Below, piece by piece: positions 26,535 through 37,028 of a stretch of 64,000 bases of DNA. The notes below the pieces were generated by a model. It was not told the DNA's origin and searched no databases. It saw nothing but the letters and a program-made list of their open reading frames with translations. Each line of letters begins with the position of its first letter. The first letter of the stretch is position 1. A program made the translations under genes and the position numbers. The DNA comes from Planctomycetota bacterium (GTDB lineage: Bacteria > Planctomycetota > Phycisphaerae > SM23-33), in NCBI GenBank assembly GCA_029553505.1, contig JAKPKY010000165.1, forward strand, positions 36,595 to 100,594, given 5' to 3'.

Positions 26535-27857
26535 ATGGCTGAGATGAAACGAACGAGCCTTGGGGTGCAGGCCGAACGGGCGCTGCTGGTCTCGGTGCTC
26601 CTTCCCGGTTCGACCAACGACCCGATGGACCCCGTGGGCGAGCTTCGCAGCCTGGCCAAGACCGCCGGCGCGGTCGTCGTGGACGAGATGGTCGCCCGCC
26701 GACAGCGGATCAACGCCGCCCTGTACGTCGGAAGCGGAAAGGCCCAGGAGATCGCCGACCGTTGCGACCGCAACGAGGTCGACACGATCCTCTTCGACAA
26801 CGACCTGACCCCCGCGCAGATCCGCGACCTGGAGGAGATCACCCGCCGCAAGGTGCTCGACCGCAGCGAACTGATTTTGGACATCTTCGCGGCGCACGCG
26901 CGGACCGCGGAGAGCCGCCTACAGGTGGAGCTGGCGCAGCTGATCTACACCTACCCGCGCCTGCGGCACATGTGGACGCACCTGGAGCGGGTGGCCGGCG
27001 GCGCGACGACGGCCGCCGCCGCCGTCGGAGGCATCGGCACGCGCGGGCCCGGCGAAAAGCAGATCGAGATCGACCGCCGCCTCGTCCAGAAACGCGTCAG
27101 CTTCCTCCGAGGGCAGATTTCCGAAATCGACCGGCGGAAGATGCGCCAGGTGCGAAGCCGGCGCGACACGTTCGGCGTCTGCCTCGTCGGATACACCAAC
27201 GCGGGCAAGAGCACGCTGATGAACCTGCTGACCGGCGCGGACGTGTACGTGGCCGACCAGCTCTTCGCCACGCTCGACACGCGCACGCGCAAGTGGCGGA
27301 TCGACGGCGGCCCGAACGTCCTGCTGAGCGACACCGTCGGTTTCGTGCGCGACCTGCCGCACCACCTCGTCGCCAGCTTCCGCGCCACGCTGGAGGAGGC
27401 GATCTGCGCCGACCTGTTGATCCACGTGGCCGACGCCTCGCACGAGCGCGTCGAACAGCAGATCCAGGCGGTCCACGGCGTGCTGGACGAGCTCGGCTGC
27501 GACCGCTCGCGCGTCCTGCTGGCGATGAACAAGATCGACCGGATCGCCGACCCGACGGTCCGCCAGGTGCTGGCGGGCAAGTACGACGGGGCGATATTCC
27601 TTTCCGCCGCCACGGGCGCCGGGGCCGACGCGCTGGCGGCGGAAGTCGCCCGCCGCGCCGGCGGAATGCCCGTCCGCGTCCGACTCCGCGCGAACTGCGC
27701 CAACGGGCGGCTGATGCAGTACATCGCCCGCCACGCCCAGGTCGAGCGCCAGAGCTACGCGGACGTGACGGCCGAGATCGACGCCCTCATGCCCGCCGAA
27801 ACCCTCGCCGCCCTTCGCGGGTTCGGCGCCGACGTCGAAGTGCTCGACCCGCGCTAG
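26535..27857 (+). CDS. hflX: GTPase HflX
   Basis: GSGKAQEI, LILDIFA, GTRGPGEKQIEIDRR, GYTNAGKST, LFATLD, DTVG, NKID. Confidence 0.97.
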   Translation: MAEMKRTSLGVQAERALLVSVLLPGSTNDPMDPVGELRSLAKTAGAVVVDEMVARRQRINAALYVGSGKAQEIADRCDRNEVDTILFDNDLTPAQIRDLEEITRRKVLDRSELILDIFAAHARTAESRLQVELAQLIYTYPRLRHMWTHLERVAGGATTAAAAVGGIGTRGPGEKQIEIDRRLVQKRVSFLRGQISEIDRRKMRQVRSRRDTFGVCLVGYTNAGKSTLMNLLTGADVYVADQLFATLDTRTRKWRIDGGPNVLLSDTVGFVRDLPHHLVASFRATLEEAICADLLIHVADASHERVEQQIQAVHGVLDELGCDRSRVLLAMNKIDRIADPTVRQVLAGKYDGAIFLSAATGAGADALAAEVARRAGGMPVRVRLRANCANGRLMQYIARHAQVERQSYADVTAEIDALMPAETLAALRGFGADVEVLDPR

Positions 27858-27891
27858 GGTGCCTGTCCGAAAACTCCGAATCCGGGAATGG

Positions 27892-27999
27892 AGGGTGCCG
27901 TGGATTGCGAAGTCCCGAAAGGGACGAAGCAACCACGATTGTCAAGCACTCATGGTTTCTCCGTTCCGCGATGCGGAACTCCGCAAACCACGGCACCCT
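27892..27999. repeat. Palindromic repeat, family H (GGGTGCCGTGG...CCACGGCACCC)
   Basis: Shares GTTCCGC..GCGGAACTCCGCAA.CCACGGCACCC with 40860-40908 and 61721-61811. Confidence 0.8.
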
Positions 28000-28015
28000 T
28001 TTCACTGCGCGAATC

Positions 28016-28819
28016 TCACGCGGGGCGATAGCGCGACGGCGGGGCGCCGAACCGCTCGCGAAACGCGCGGGAGAAGTGGAACGGGCTGCTGTAGCCCAGG
28101 CGCTCGGCGATCTGGGCGACGGACAGCGCCCCCATCCGCAGCAGTTCGGCGGCAGTCCCGAGTCGCAGCTCGTCGTAGTACTCCTTGGGCCCCTTGCCGG
28201 CCAGCCCGCGGAACACCTCGCGGAACCGCCGCTCGCCGAGGCCCGCCTCCGCGGCCATCTCGCGGACGGTCAGCGGCGCGCCGCGGGCGGCGCGCATCCG
28301 CTCGATGACGCGCTCGATCGCCGCCTGGTGCGGCTGGGGGCGCACGCGCTGCCCGCGCCAGTTGGCCAACCAGCGATAGAGCATGGCCGACAGGACAGCC
28401 GACGCCTGCGCCCGCGCGGCGTGGCTGGGGCGCGTCAGCAGGCGAAAGCACTCCGCGCAGTCCGCCCGCTCGCGCCGGTCGCGCGGCACGGCCAGCCGGT
28501 GGTGCAGCGGCGCCGGCGGCACGCCGCCGATCCGCACGTGGAACCACCAGAAGTTCCACCGCTCGGCCGCGCACCAGTACGCGGCGATGCGGGGGTTCTC
28601 GACAGCTGCCAGCGTCTCGCCCGGCAGGTCCAGCCCGCCGCCGCCGAAAAACTCCATCCGCCCGCGCCCGCTCAGCGTGCGGACGAGGATCAACTCGTCG
28701 GAGTGGGGCGTTTCCCGCCGCACGCGGTACGACGGGTCGGCCCGCACCGTCCAGATGCGTTCCAGGGCGATCTCGACCGTCGCCACCGGCGAGGCGGTCC
28801 AGGCAGTCTCGTTGTGCAT
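28016..28819 (-). CDS. AraC family transcriptional regulator
   Basis: C-terminal double HTH: LSVAQIAERLGYSSPFHFSRAFRERFGAPPSRYR; ATG 28819 chosen from an adjacent -10 element. Confidence 0.93.
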   Translation of the reverse strand: MHNETAWTASPVATVEIALERIWTVRADPSYRVRRETPHSDELILVRTLSGRGRMEFFGGGGLDLPGETLAAVENPRIAAYWCAAERWNFWWFHVRIGGVPPAPLHHRLAVPRDRRERADCAECFRLLTRPSHAARAQASAVLSAMLYRWLANWRGQRVRPQPHQAAIERVIERMRAARGAPLTVREMAAEAGLGERRFREVFRGLAGKGPKEYYDELRLGTAAELLRMGALSVAQIAERLGYSSPFHFSRAFRERFGAPPSRYRPA

Positions 28820-28957
28820 GGACAGAGCATACCACGGATCGCCGAAAGATGTATGCAAAACGCCGATAATGCCATTTTGTGAGCATAATATTTCCTATAT
28901 ATGTATGGCAAGCTCCGCCCGTCGGAACGGGGCGGCGCGAACAAAAAGGAGCCTGCC

Positions 28958-30118
28958 ATGGCCGAACCGGTCGCCGACGGAATCCGCGCGATGCTTCCGC
29001 GCGAGAAGATGATCCCTTCCGCCCGCAAGCTGCGGGACACCTACACCATCACGCCCGGCGCGCCGCTGTTCCGCCGCGAGTTCGGGTATTACTGCCTGGA
29101 GCGCTGGTACGAGCAGGGCCTGGCGCGCGACGCGAACCTCGCGGAGCTCTTCCAGTACGACCCGCCGGGCAATCACGCGCTGTGGCAGCTCGGTTGGTGC
29201 GAGGCCGCGTTCTGCCCGGCATTCGAGGACAAGGTGATCGAGGACCGCGGCGAGCACGAGGTCTACCAGGACCGCGCCGGGCGCGGCGTGCTGGTCTTCA
29301 AGGGGCGGCGCGACGGCTTCATGCCCGAATACGTGGACCATCCCGTCAAGGACATGAAGACGTGGGTCGAGAACTGCAAGTGGCGGATGGATCCCGCGAC
29401 GCCGGAGCGGTGGAAGGGCTTCGACGAGCGGATGGCCAAGGCGAAAGTTGCCGCGGGGCAGGGGCTGATGATCTCCCAGCGGTGCGTCGGGCCGTACATG
29501 TACCTGCGCAGCCTGATCGGACCGGCCGACCTGCTCTACGCCTTCTACGACATGCCCGACGTCGTTCACGACTGCCTGCGGACCTGGCTGGCGCTGGCCG
29601 ATGCCGTCATCGCGCGACACCAGCAGCACGTCACGCTGGACGAAATCTTTTTCGCCGAGGACATCTGCTACAACCACGGTCCGCTGATCTCGCCGGAGAT
29701 GATGCGCGAGTTCCTCGGCCCGTATTACCGCGAGCTGCTGGCTGGCGTGCGGTCGCGCCAGATCGACCGCGCCCGCCCGCTGTACGTGCAGGTCGACACC
29801 GACGGATTCGCCCCGCCGACGATCCCGATCTATCGCGAGCTGATCGGCATGAACGTGATGAGCCCGTTCGAGGTCGCCGCGGGGTGCGACGTCGTGCGGG
29901 TCGGGCGCGACTGGCCGGACCTGGTGCTCTTCGGCGGCATCGACAAGCGCGTGCTGGCGCAGGGCCCCGCCGCGATCGACAAAATGGTCGAGCGCATCCT
30001 CCCGGCCATGCGCGAGCGCGGCGGATACATTCCCACCTGCGACCACGGCGTGCCGGAGGAAGTGACGCTGTCCAATTACCTGCACTACCGCAAGCGGTGC
30101 ATCGAGCTGGGCGGCTGA
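28958..30118 (+). CDS. Uroporphyrinogen decarboxylase / MtaA-CmuA-like family protein
   Basis: AEDICYNHGPLISPEM, DTDG, PFEVAAGCD, GGIDKR, GGYIPTCDHGVP; RBS AAGGAG. Confidence 0.85.
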   Translation: MAEPVADGIRAMLPREKMIPSARKLRDTYTITPGAPLFRREFGYYCLERWYEQGLARDANLAELFQYDPPGNHALWQLGWCEAAFCPAFEDKVIEDRGEHEVYQDRAGRGVLVFKGRRDGFMPEYVDHPVKDMKTWVENCKWRMDPATPERWKGFDERMAKAKVAAGQGLMISQRCVGPYMYLRSLIGPADLLYAFYDMPDVVHDCLRTWLALADAVIARHQQHVTLDEIFFAEDICYNHGPLISPEMMREFLGPYYRELLAGVRSRQIDRARPLYVQVDTDGFAPPTIPIYRELIGMNVMSPFEVAAGCDVVRVGRDWPDLVLFGGIDKRVLAQGPAAIDKMVERILPAMRERGGYIPTCDHGVPEEVTLSNYLHYRKRCIELGG

Positions 30119-30213
30119 CGTTCCCCGCCGCGGGATTTTCCCCCGCGTCGCGGCGCCCCACGCGGTACAATGCCCCCGGCTGGACCTTTCCACCGGGCAC
30201 AAAGGGACACGCG

Positions 30214-31503
30214 ATGCTTCGAGGCGGCAAGGCGATCCTGGCGACGCTCCTGGCGGCGTTGGCGGCCTGGCCCGCACCAGGCGCGGCGCAGACCACCGGT
30301 CCGGCGAAGACCGTCCGCGCCTACCTGCTGCTCCGCGACGGCGGGCAGGTGCAGGGCGTGCTGCTGGAGTGGTCCGACGCGCAGTTCGTGGTGCAGGTGG
30401 GGCGCGAACGGCGGGAGGTTCCCATCGAGCAGGTCCAGCCCGTCAGCGTCTACATGACCCGGCGGAAGGTGATGGACCTGTCGCGCGCGGAGACACACCT
30501 GGCGCTGGGGCGGTACTGCCTGGAAAACGCCCTGCCCGACCACGCCCGCCGCGAGTTCGACCAGGCCGTGCGCCTCGACGCCTCGCTGGCCAAACAGGTG
30601 GAAGAGCTTTTGGCCTCGACGCCCGCCTCGGCCCCGCGCGACTCCACGGCCGCGCCCGCGCCGACCGGCAAGGGCGCCGCCAGCCCCGCGCCCGCGACGC
30701 GAAAATACATCCCCGTCACCGAGGCGCAGATCGCCGCCAACCACAAGCTCGTCGAAGGCATGGCCGAAAAGGCCCGCGCGTTCGCCCGAAACCTCCACCG
30801 CGTCGAGACCGATCACTTCCTGATCTACAGCACCTGGGGGCCGTCCGACGACAAGCCCCTGATGGAAACCTGCGAGAAGATGTACGCCGGCCTCTGCCGC
30901 CAGTTCGACATCCCCGTCAAGGAGAACATCTGGGCGGGCAAGTATCCCATCTTCGTCTTCCAGGAGCCCGAGCAGTTCCGCCGCTGGTGCGACGAGGTGG
31001 TCCAGGGCGGCGTGCCCGACGCGGCCGGGTATTGCTGTCAGCGCAGCGACGGGTTCAGCTACATCGTCATGAACCGCTCGCCGACGAAGGAGGCGTTCTA
31101 TGAGCTGCTGATCCACGAGGCGACGCACGCGTTCATGGCGCGGTACGTGTCCAACGTGGCGCTGCCTCGCTGGTTGAACGAGGGTCTGGCGGACTACATG
31201 GCCGGCGAGCTGGTTCCAGGCTGCTCGGCGGGCAAGCGGCACGTTCGGGCGGCCAAGGAGGCCCGCAAACTCGGCGGGAGCATCGCGCGGATCTTCCAGG
31301 AGGTGCAGCTCGATGTGTTCGATTACGGTGTGGCGCAGGGGCTGGTGCGCTTGCTGATCGCGCGGGACCGCGCCGCCTTCGTCCGGCTGGTCACCCGCCT
31401 GAAGGAGGGCGCCGCGTCGGAAGAAGCCCTCAAGGAAACCTACAAACTGACCCACGAGCAGCTCGAGCAGCTCTGGTGGCGCGCCGTGCGCAGCGGATCC
31501 TGA
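30214..31503 (+). CDS. Secreted protein with gluzincin-like (peptidase MA / DUF1570-like) domain
   Basis: Signal peptide; LIHEATH...PRWLNEGLADY; TPR-like segment. Confidence 0.7.
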   Translation: MLRGGKAILATLLAALAAWPAPGAAQTTGPAKTVRAYLLLRDGGQVQGVLLEWSDAQFVVQVGRERREVPIEQVQPVSVYMTRRKVMDLSRAETHLALGRYCLENALPDHARREFDQAVRLDASLAKQVEELLASTPASAPRDSTAAPAPTGKGAASPAPATRKYIPVTEAQIAANHKLVEGMAEKARAFARNLHRVETDHFLIYSTWGPSDDKPLMETCEKMYAGLCRQFDIPVKENIWAGKYPIFVFQEPEQFRRWCDEVVQGGVPDAAGYCCQRSDGFSYIVMNRSPTKEAFYELLIHEATHAFMARYVSNVALPRWLNEGLADYMAGELVPGCSAGKRHVRAAKEARKLGGSIARIFQEVQLDVFDYGVAQGLVRLLIARDRAAFVRLVTRLKEGAASEEALKETYKLTHEQLEQLWWRAVRSGS

Positions 31504-31755
31504 CCGGGAAAACAGTCCACGAATTGCACGAAGGAACACGGAACAGAGGAACAAGGAACCGGGGAAGAAAAGAGAATTCCCAGGTTCCGTGTTCCACGGT
31601 TCCGGGATACGAAAATTGAGGACTGAGGGGAAGACAGAAGACCGCGCCTTGCCAACGCGCGGCGCGAGGAGTATAAAAACACCTGACCGAATGAACCGCA
31701 AAGGACGCAGAGAGCACTGTAGAGATGGAATGAGCCAAAGAATTTCTTTCTCTCC

Positions 31756-32676
31756 GTGACCTCTGTGGTGAGTCTTTTGGGTTTCGATTCTGTCCTGAAG
31801 GTTTTCGGCATCGCGGCGACAGGGAGGTCGTCAGCCACGTCAGGTCAACAGGGCAATCCAGCCGGCGGCAACGGCGGCGAGACGGACGACGCGACGCGAG
31901 CGCTGCTGGCGCGACTTGCGGAGCATCTGGCGCAGACGGCGCCCGCAGCCGTGCGCCTGGGCCTGACGGCCGAGGGCGCGGGCGTCGAGACCGTCGAGTG
32001 CAGCGAATTCCTCGCCTCGATCGACGAACCCACCTGCGCGTACCTGCTGGGCGCGTCGCGCCCGGACCGCCCGTCGCCGCCCGAGCCGGTCTGGGTTTCC
32101 GTAGAGCCGCCCTTGGCGATGCGCCTGGTGGAGGCGATGCTCGGCGGCGCGGCCGCGACCACTCCGCCCGCGGCGCGCCCCCTGACGGCGCTGGAGCGTC
32201 GCCTGCTGCACCGCCTGATCGACGCGGTGTGCGAGGCGCTGGCCCGCGCGGCGCGCAGCGGACCCTGGCGGTTCACCCTTTCCGGCGCCGGCAGGGGATG
32301 CAGCGCCGCCGGACAACGCTGCCGGGTGCTCGCGCTGCACGTTCGGGCCGGACGGGCCGACGGGCGGGTGCGACTCTGCCTGACGCCGGAACTGCTGGCG
32401 CGAATGCTGGCGGAGGAGTCGGCGCAAGCCTCGCTCGTTCCGGCCGACGGCGCGGAGATTTCCGCCTGCGCCCACGCAGAGCTGGACGGGAAAGACCTCG
32501 CCGCCCTGGCCGCCGGCGACGTGCTGGTGACGGACGCCCCGGCCGACGGAGAGATCGTCGTCCGCGTGGACGGGCGCGACCGGTTCGCCGGTCGCCTGGC
32601 CCGCTGGGGCGACCGCAGCGCCGTCTACGTCACGCGCAAGCTCGACGCGCCCCCGCCGGCCGACGAGCGGACTTGA
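31756..32676 (+). CDS. FliM/FliN (SpoA) family-like protein, start uncertain
   Basis: EAMLGG...RPLTALERRL (FliM middle domain-like); LAALAAGDVLV...VRVDGRDRFAGRL (SpoA-like). Confidence 0.6.
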   Translation: MTSVVSLLGFDSVLKVFGIAATGRSSATSGQQGNPAGGNGGETDDATRALLARLAEHLAQTAPAAVRLGLTAEGAGVETVECSEFLASIDEPTCAYLLGASRPDRPSPPEPVWVSVEPPLAMRLVEAMLGGAAATTPPAARPLTALERRLLHRLIDAVCEALARAARSGPWRFTLSGAGRGCSAAGQRCRVLALHVRAGRADGRVRLCLTPELLARMLAEESAQASLVPADGAEISACAHAELDGKDLAALAAGDVLVTDAPADGEIVVRVDGRDRFAGRLARWGDRSAVYVTRKLDAPPPADERT

Positions 32677-32707
32677 CGAGGCGCGCGAAACGTCTTTTGA
32701 TAGACAC

Positions 32708-32838
32708 TTGCTCCGTTGAAAACATCTGCACCTCCGGGTGGCACGGCCCGTACGGGCGTGTCCTCCGCGAATCCGGCAGCACGCTTTGCGAACAAAGTGT
32801 GCCACCCATCCCGTGAACGGATGTTTTCCACGGAGCAA
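32708..32838. mobile_element. MITE-like element, second copy
   Basis: TTGCTCCGTTGAAAACATC ... GATGTTTTCCACGGAGCAA around a family A doublet. Confidence 0.65.
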
Positions 32839-32890
32839 CAGGCACACTCGGGCGCGCGGTTCGTCGCGCCCCGGTTTCGGGAGACATCCG

Positions 32891-34837
32891 ATGCAGGTGC
32901 TGATCTTGCTGGCCGTCGCAGGCGCGGTGCTGCTGTTGGCGGGGCGGTTCTACTCGCGGTTCCTCGCCCGCAGCGTGGGCGAAGACCCCGCGCGCCGAAC
33001 CCCCGCCGTCGCCCTCGAGGACGGGCGCGACTACGTGCCCACCCCCACGCCGGTGGTCTTCGCGCACCACTTCGCCTCCATCGCCGGCGCGGGGCCCATC
33101 CTCGGGCCCGTCATCGCGATCCTCTACGGCTGGCTGCCCGCCGTCCTGTGGGTGCTGTTCGGCGGAACCCTCATCGGCGCGGTGCACGACTACCTTGCCG
33201 TCTACCTGGCCACCCGCGAGGGCGGGCTGTCCATCGCCACCATCGCCCGGCGGATGCTCGGAAAGGACGTCTTCGTCGCGGTCGTGCTGTTCCTGATCAT
33301 CATGCTCGCGCTGGTCTGCGCCGCGTTCCTCAACGCGTCGGCCACCGCCCTGGTCAGCATGCTGCCGTTCTCGCAGATCGAGCTGCCGGCGGGGCAGTCG
33401 ATCTTCCGCGTCGTGGGCGAAAAGGCGGTCATCGGCGGAATCGCCTCGACGAGCGTGATCGTCATCACGGCCGTCGCGCCACTGCTCGGCTGGCTGTACA
33501 TCAAGCGCAAGGTCAAGGTCTGGGTCTGCTCGGTGCTGGCGGTGGTCATCTGCGCCGGAAGCATCACGGCGGGATTGTTCGCGCCCCTGTCGTTTCCCGA
33601 CCAGACGCACCTGCTGGGCCTGGTGCTCACCGGCGAGACGGTCTGGAAGCTCCTGCTGAGCGCGTACGTGCTGGTAGCCGCGGGCGTGCCGGTGTGGATC
33701 TTCCTCCAGAGCCGCGACTTCATCAACGTGCACATCCTGTATCTCGGCATGGCCGGACTGCTGGCGACGCTTCTCGTCGCCGGCGCGCGCGGCGCAGGCG
33801 TGACCGACCCGATCCCCGCGCTGAACCTCGCCGAGGCGCAAGCGGCCAACGGGCCGGTCTGGCCGACCCTGTTCATCCTCATCGCCTGCGGCGCCGTCAG
33901 CGGGTTCCACAGCCTCTGCGCCAGCGGAACCACCTGCAAGCAACTCACCAGCGAATCCGCCGCCCGGCGCATCGGATACCACGGCATGCTGCTGGAGAGC
34001 TTCCTGGCCGTCTGCGTGATCGCGACGCTGATGGTCGGCGTCTCCAAGGGCGCGTATCTCGGGCACGTCTACCCCAAGCTTGCCGGGCTGTCCGGGCACT
34101 CGAACCCGATCGTGGGCTTCGCGCTGGCCGTCGGGCACGCCGTGAACCTCGCCTGGGGCGCGCCCGTCGCGGTCGGCGCGGTGGCGGGAATGGTGCTGCT
34201 GGAGGGATTCGTCGTCACCACGCTGGACACGGCCATCCGCCTGACGCGCTACCTGTTCGAGGAAATCTGGCGGACGATGTTCGAGGCGTATGACGTGTTC
34301 GCCGCGCCCGTGGCGGCGACCGAGGCGCAGGCGACCTGGCCGGCGGGCGATCTGGGCCCTGCCGGGACCGACGGAATCCCCGCGGCCCCGCCGCTGTCCG
34401 ATTCGCCGCCCGCCCCGGCCTTCCCGACCGCGACCATGGGACCGTTCCGAATCCTCCTGACCGTCCTGCGCCAATACTGGTTCAACTCCGGGCTGGCCGT
34501 CGCCATGATGCTCGTGTTCGCCTTCAGCGGAGGGGTCGGAAGGCTCTGGAGCGCCTTCGCCACCAGCAACCAGCTCCTTGCCGCCATCGTGCTGGCGCTG
34601 GCGGCGCTCTGGTTGCTGCGGAAGAGCCGGCGATTCTGGTTCGCGGTCTGGCCGGCGGCGTTCATGTTCGCCACCACCGGCGCCAGCCTGGTCATGATGT
34701 TCAACCGCTACCGCGCCCCAGACTCCTGGAACGCGCCCCTGCTCGGCGCGACCGTCGTGATGATGGTCATCCCCCTGTACCTCCTGCTGGCGGGCACGCG
34801 GGAAGTGCTCCGCCTGCGGAAGCAGCGGAAGACCTGA
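32891..34837 (+). CDS. cstA: Carbon starvation protein A family transporter
   Basis: DGRDYVPT, HHFASIAGAGPILGP, GAVHD, IACGAVSGFHSL, TTLDT, NQLLA. Confidence 0.95.
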   Translation: MQVLILLAVAGAVLLLAGRFYSRFLARSVGEDPARRTPAVALEDGRDYVPTPTPVVFAHHFASIAGAGPILGPVIAILYGWLPAVLWVLFGGTLIGAVHDYLAVYLATREGGLSIATIARRMLGKDVFVAVVLFLIIMLALVCAAFLNASATALVSMLPFSQIELPAGQSIFRVVGEKAVIGGIASTSVIVITAVAPLLGWLYIKRKVKVWVCSVLAVVICAGSITAGLFAPLSFPDQTHLLGLVLTGETVWKLLLSAYVLVAAGVPVWIFLQSRDFINVHILYLGMAGLLATLLVAGARGAGVTDPIPALNLAEAQAANGPVWPTLFILIACGAVSGFHSLCASGTTCKQLTSESAARRIGYHGMLLESFLAVCVIATLMVGVSKGAYLGHVYPKLAGLSGHSNPIVGFALAVGHAVNLAWGAPVAVGAVAGMVLLEGFVVTTLDTAIRLTRYLFEEIWRTMFEAYDVFAAPVAATEAQATWPAGDLGPAGTDGIPAAPPLSDSPPAPAFPTATMGPFRILLTVLRQYWFNSGLAVAMMLVFAFSGGVGRLWSAFATSNQLLAAIVLALAALWLLRKSRRFWFAVWPAAFMFATTGASLVMMFNRYRAPDSWNAPLLGATVVMMVIPLYLLLAGTREVLRLRKQRKT

Positions 34838-35144
34838 AACCGGAACCGGGAACAAAGGAACCAGGGAACCCGAGAAGACAAGAGCCGACGCGCAGCCCGG
34901 GTTCCATGTTCCTTTGTTCCGTGTTCCTTGTCCTTCCTCTCCCGCCCGCTAAAGTTTTGCCCCCATTCGGTCGAAATAGAATCACCGAAAGCGTGATTTG
35001 TCCTCGGGCGCTGCCGAGTCTTGGCGGCGGGATTTGCCAGGTCCCGCCGCCGCTTTGTTTTCCCGCGGAATCCCGCCTCTCCGCGTGGGAATCCTCCGGC
35101 CAAAAACACTGCTTGCGAGCAAGCAGCGCCACCCCCCGCCTCGC

Positions 35145-35175
35145 AATAAAAGCGGCGGGCCCGAAGACCCGCCGC
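35145..35175 (-). terminator. Probable intrinsic terminator of rny
   Basis: GCGGCGGG/CCCGCCGC stem with adjacent A-tract (U-tract on the minus strand). Confidence 0.65.
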
Positions 35176-35208
35176 CTGACGTCGTGTTTGGTTTCGTGTG
35201 CCGAACCG

Positions 35209-36798
35209 CTACCGTGCGTAGTCCACGCAGCGGACCTCGCGGACGAGCGTGACCTTGACCTCGCCGGGGTATTCCATCTCGTCCTCGATCCGTCGGGCGA
35301 TGTTGTGGGCGATCTTGGCCGACAGGCGGTCGTCGACGTTCTCGGCGTCGACGATGACGCGGACCTCGCGCCCCGCCTGGATGGCGTACGCCTGCTTGAC
35401 GCCCTCGAAGCTGGCGGCGATCTCCTCGAGCTTCTGGAGGCGCTGGACGTAGCGCTCGAGGGTCTCGCGCCGCGCGCCGGGGCGCGAGGCGCTGATCGCG
35501 TCGGCGGCAGCGATGATCGGCGTGTAGATGCTCGTCGCCTGCACGTCGCCGTGGTGCCCGCCGATGGCGTTGACCACCTCGTCGCGCTCGCCGCAGCGCT
35601 TGCAGACGTCGGCGCCGATCTCCGGGTGCCCGCCCTCGACCTCGTGGTCGATGGCCTTTCCGATGTCGTGCAGCAGCCCGCAGCGGCGGGCGAGCTGCCC
35701 GTTGAGCCCCAACTCGTCGGCGATCACCTGCGACAGGTACGCCACCTCCATGCTGTGGCGCAGGACGTTCTGCCCGTAGCTCGTGCGGAATTGGAGGCGC
35801 CCCAGCAGGCCCACCAGCTTGCTGTGCAGTCCGCGGATGTTCGCCTCGACGACCGCCTGCTTGCCCGCCTCCTGGATTTCCTTCTGGATGTCCTTCTCCA
35901 CGCCGGCGGCCACCTCTTCGATCCGCGTCGGGTGGATGCGCCCGTCCTGGATCAGTTTTTCCAGCGTGCGCCGGGCGACCTCGCGGCGGACCGGGTCGAA
36001 CGCGGAGACCACCACCACGCCCGGGGTGTCGTCGACGATCACGTCCACGCCGGTGGCCTTCTCGAACGCGCGGATGTTGCGCCCCTCGCGCCCGATGACG
36101 CGCCCCTTCATGTCGTCGGAGGGAATGTCCACCGTCGAGACGGTCGAGTCGCAGGTGTGCTCGGCCGCGTAGCGCTGAATGGCCGTCACGACGATCTCGC
36201 GGGCCTGCGCGTCCGCCCGGTCGCGGGCTTCCTCCAGGCGCTTCTGGACGAGTTCTGCCGTCTCGTGCTCCATGTCCTTCTCGACCTTCTGGAGTAGCTG
36301 CGCGCGGGCCTCGTCCATCGACAGGTTGGCGACTTTCAGGAGTTGGCTCTTCTGCTGGGCGATCAGCTCGTTGAGGTGGCGGTCCTTGGCGGCCAGCGCC
36401 TTCTCACGCTCGGCGACGGCCTTTTCCGCCGCGTCGGCCATCCGCTCCTTGGTGTTGAGCGTCTCGATCTTCTGGTCCAGCATGTCCTCGCGCTTGGCGA
36501 GGCGTTTTTCTTCCGTCCGCAGTTCCTGCCGGGCCGACTCGGTTTCCTTGTCGAACTGCTCGCGCCGGCGGATGAACTCGCTTTTGGCCTCGGCTTCGGC
36601 TTGGGCGATGATTTTCTGGGCTTCCGCCTCGGCGGCGGTCCGGCTGGCTGCCAGCTCCTTTTCCGTCGCCGCGCGACGGGCCTTTTCCGTATACAGCTTG
36701 ATTCCGAACCCGATCAGCAACCCCGCCAGCAGGGCGATTCCGGCCACCAGGATCATCTCGTTGGGGGTCATCGCCGCGATGAGCGCAAAGACATTCAT
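35209..36798 (-). CDS. rny: Ribonuclease Y
   Basis: N-terminal TM and coiled coil; [14 protein letters not shown] (KH); [19 protein letters not shown] (HD). Confidence 0.98.
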   Translation of the reverse strand: MNVFALIAAMTPNEMILVAGIALLAGLLIGFGIKLYTEKARRAATEKELAASRTAAEAEAQKIIAQAEAEAKSEFIRRREQFDKETESARQELRTEEKRLAKREDMLDQKIETLNTKERMADAAEKAVAEREKALAAKDRHLNELIAQQKSQLLKVANLSMDEARAQLLQKVEKDMEHETAELVQKRLEEARDRADAQAREIVVTAIQRYAAEHTCDSTVSTVDIPSDDMKGRVIGREGRNIRAFEKATGVDVIVDDTPGVVVVSAFDPVRREVARRTLEKLIQDGRIHPTRIEEVAAGVEKDIQKEIQEAGKQAVVEANIRGLHSKLVGLLGRLQFRTSYGQNVLRHSMEVAYLSQVIADELGLNGQLARRCGLLHDIGKAIDHEVEGGHPEIGADVCKRCGERDEVVNAIGGHHGDVQATSIYTPIIAAADAISASRPGARRETLERYVQRLQKLEEIAASFEGVKQAYAIQAGREVRVIVDAENVDDRLSAKIAHNIARRIEDEMEYPGEVKVTLVREVRCVDYAR

Positions 36799-36853
36799 GG
36801 CACGTTCCTTTCAACTCACAGGCGGACGCGCCGGAAAAGGGAAGAAGGACCAA

Positions 36854-37028
36854 GCAGGCGTGGAGTTCCGAACCTCTCGGAACCCGGAGCGTTCAGGTCT
36901 AGAAGGTCACGTAAGCCTTACGTTCAAAAGCGGTTGGATCGTTACTCCCCTTGCGGCCGCGGAGGATGGCCCGCCGGGTCGCCCGGTACGCCTTCTGCGC
37001 TTCCGACGAGAAACACACCCCGCCCCGT
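36854..37028 (-). ncRNA. ssrS: Probable 6S RNA (boundaries approximate)
   Basis: About 175-nt non-coding stretch just upstream of rny with complementary ends (GGGGCGGGG..UUUCUCG / CGAGAGG..CUCCACGCCUG) and internal UUGAAC and CCUGAAC..GGUUC motifs; 6S-rny synteny is known in several phyla. Confidence 0.55.

Noticed and set aside
28879..31503. 874-aa ORF or frameshift fusion
   Set aside because: The first half is an off-frame overlap of the URO-D-like gene; a signal peptide begins at 30214
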